This document shows, one piece after another, positions 61,546 to 62,643 of a DNA stretch of 62,643 nt (position 1 is its first letter; each line of letters opens with the position of its first letter). The stretch is taken from positions 1-62,643 of the IMG/VR virus record IMGVR_UViG_3300044691_000243; one strand, written 5' to 3'. The position numbers were made by a program, and so were the translations under genes. The stretch is from a virus. Lineage: Duplodnaviria > Caudoviricetes. The notes below the pieces were generated by a model. It saw only the letters and a list, made by a program, of their open reading frames with translations. It ran no database searches and was not told the DNA's origin.

Positions 61546-62228
61546 CAGAAGCTCCTCTCGTTGGCGCTGCCGATCGCCGGCACACCGCTCTGCTGACTGG
61601 CCGCACGGAACTGCTGCGGGAAGCGCCACGCCGCGGCACCATTCGTGTTGGCGCGCATCTTCGCAATACGAGCCCGCGCGATGGCATCACGAAAGCGTTT
61701 GAGGTGGTACGCACTCTGCTTGTCGTTGGCGTAGGCCTTGCCCGGCTGCGACATCATCTTCCCAAGTAGTCCGTCGAGGATGCCAACGTGCCAGATCGGC
61801 AATACCCACGAGGGCGCGATCGGCATCTGATGCCGGTCAGTCGGCAGGGAGACGTTCGTACATACGGTGACTTGATAGTAGCCGGAGACGTTCGGCGCCT
61901 GCATGAGGACAAGCGTGCCCAGATCGGGCATGAGTGCTGGCACAAAAGACGTGTTCGGGTTCGGAACGATCGTGGTGGGCGGAACTACCGGCCCCCAGTC
62001 GCTAACCCCGACGAGACTGATGATCTGACCCTCGATCGGCTGGACCGGGTACGATTGGGTGTTCGGCTGGTAGGGGACGGTAATATCCTGGGTCCAGGAA
62101 CGGCTGTCGTTGAAGAACTCGGACAGGACGTCATAGAGCTCGCCAAGCAAGCCGGCATCGGACGCGCCGACGAGCTTGATGCGCGCTTGGTTCATCAGCT
62201 GGTCGAAGTCGGTTTTATTTATCGCCAT
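61545..62228 (-). CDS. Head-tail adaptor / tail tubular protein A-like
   Basis: Start MAINKTDF; EFF..S..W, GILDG.L.KMM.QPGK.Y motifs. Confidence 0.7.
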   Translation of the reverse strand: MAINKTDFDQLMNQARIKLVGASDAGLLGELYDVLSEFFNDSRSWTQDITVPYQPNTQSYPVQPIEGQIISLVGVSDWGPVVPPTTIVPNPNTSFVPALMPDLGTLVLMQAPNVSGYYQVTVCTNVSLPTDRHQMPIAPSWVLPIWHVGILDGLLGKMMSQPGKAYANDKQSAYHLKRFRDAIARARIAKMRANTNGAAAWRFPQQFRAASQQSGVPAIGSANERSF

Positions 62229-62233
62229 TGGTC

Positions 62234-62641
62234 TTACCCCTGTGCCTGCTGCGGCATGATGGGGCCACGCCCGACCAGAATATTGTTGAATATCGCCATG
62301 AACTTCGCGGCGCGATCGTCCTGGATGTCTTCCTGGTCGCGCTCTAACGCATGGGCACAAAGTCCGTGCAGGAACGCCAGCCGGAACGGGGGCTCGATTA
62401 GTACCTTCGAGCCGTCGTTACCGGGGAAAAACTGGACACCCGACGGGGCGTCTACCTTCTTGTTGTAGACGAAAAGATCAGCGCGAATGCGCCGCCCCTC
62501 CAGGAGCGTGACGTTCATCGCGGTGAGCAAGCTGGGATCGTCGTAACGATATGGGATAATGGTATCCTGCAGCAAGACGCGCGCGTCGTTGATGTAGTCC
62601 GTGATCGTCTCCAACGCGCTGGATGTGGTGACTGCGGCCAT
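62234..62641 (-). CDS. Head completion/adaptor-like protein
   Basis: I.DAR.LLQD....RY.D..L...N....R.DLF. Confidence 0.65.
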   Translation of the reverse strand: MAAVTTSSALETITDYINDARVLLQDTIIPYRYDDPSLLTAMNVTLLEGRRIRADLFVYNKKVDAPSGVQFFPGNDGSKVLIEPPFRLAFLHGLCAHALERDQEDIQDDRAAKFMAIFNNILVGRGPIMPQQAQG

Positions 62642-62643
62642 GG

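Noticed and set aside
1-62643. Integrase, CI repressor, tRNA, phage RNA polymerase, major capsid protein
   Set aside because: None recognised; the capsid gene probably lies just outside the window, so lifestyle cannot be determined

Overview
About 62.6 kb of a GC-rich (roughly 60%) tailed dsDNA phage genome, most likely podovirus-like, with a probable alphaproteobacterial host (CtrA-like protein, CtrA-type boxes, near-absence of GANTC). The window appears circularly permuted and cuts through the head module: a scaffold-like gene runs off the left end and no major capsid gene is visible. There are two divergent arms separated by an AT-rich non-coding control/origin region (about 16.8-18.9 kb). 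The + strand early/replication arm (18.9-40.6 kb) holds small early ORFs, an AAA+ ATPase and VWA metallopeptidase, two HNH nucleases, PolA, nucleotide-pool enzymes, exonuclease, VRR-NUC, SNF2 helicase and a primase-helicase. The - strand late arm holds terminase, portal, collagen-like fibres with a glycosylation cassette, tail, lysis and ejection proteins. Most notable: (1) a 15-bp palindrome TTACCG-N3-CGGTAA present in 16 perfect and 5 single-mismatch copies genome-wide, inside and between genes; (2) a phage-encoded, receiver-less CtrA-like winged-helix regulator together with CtrA-type boxes upstream of late genes; (3) a BclA-like GPT collagen fibre cluster with adjacent GT2-TPR, HtrL-family and O-methyltransferase genes, suggesting virion glycosylation; (4) a second, early-region-biased motif TGCCCGACGCGGCA. 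No integrase, tRNA, CRISPR array or reverse transcriptase was recognised. All assignments come from motif recognition by eye; no searches were run.
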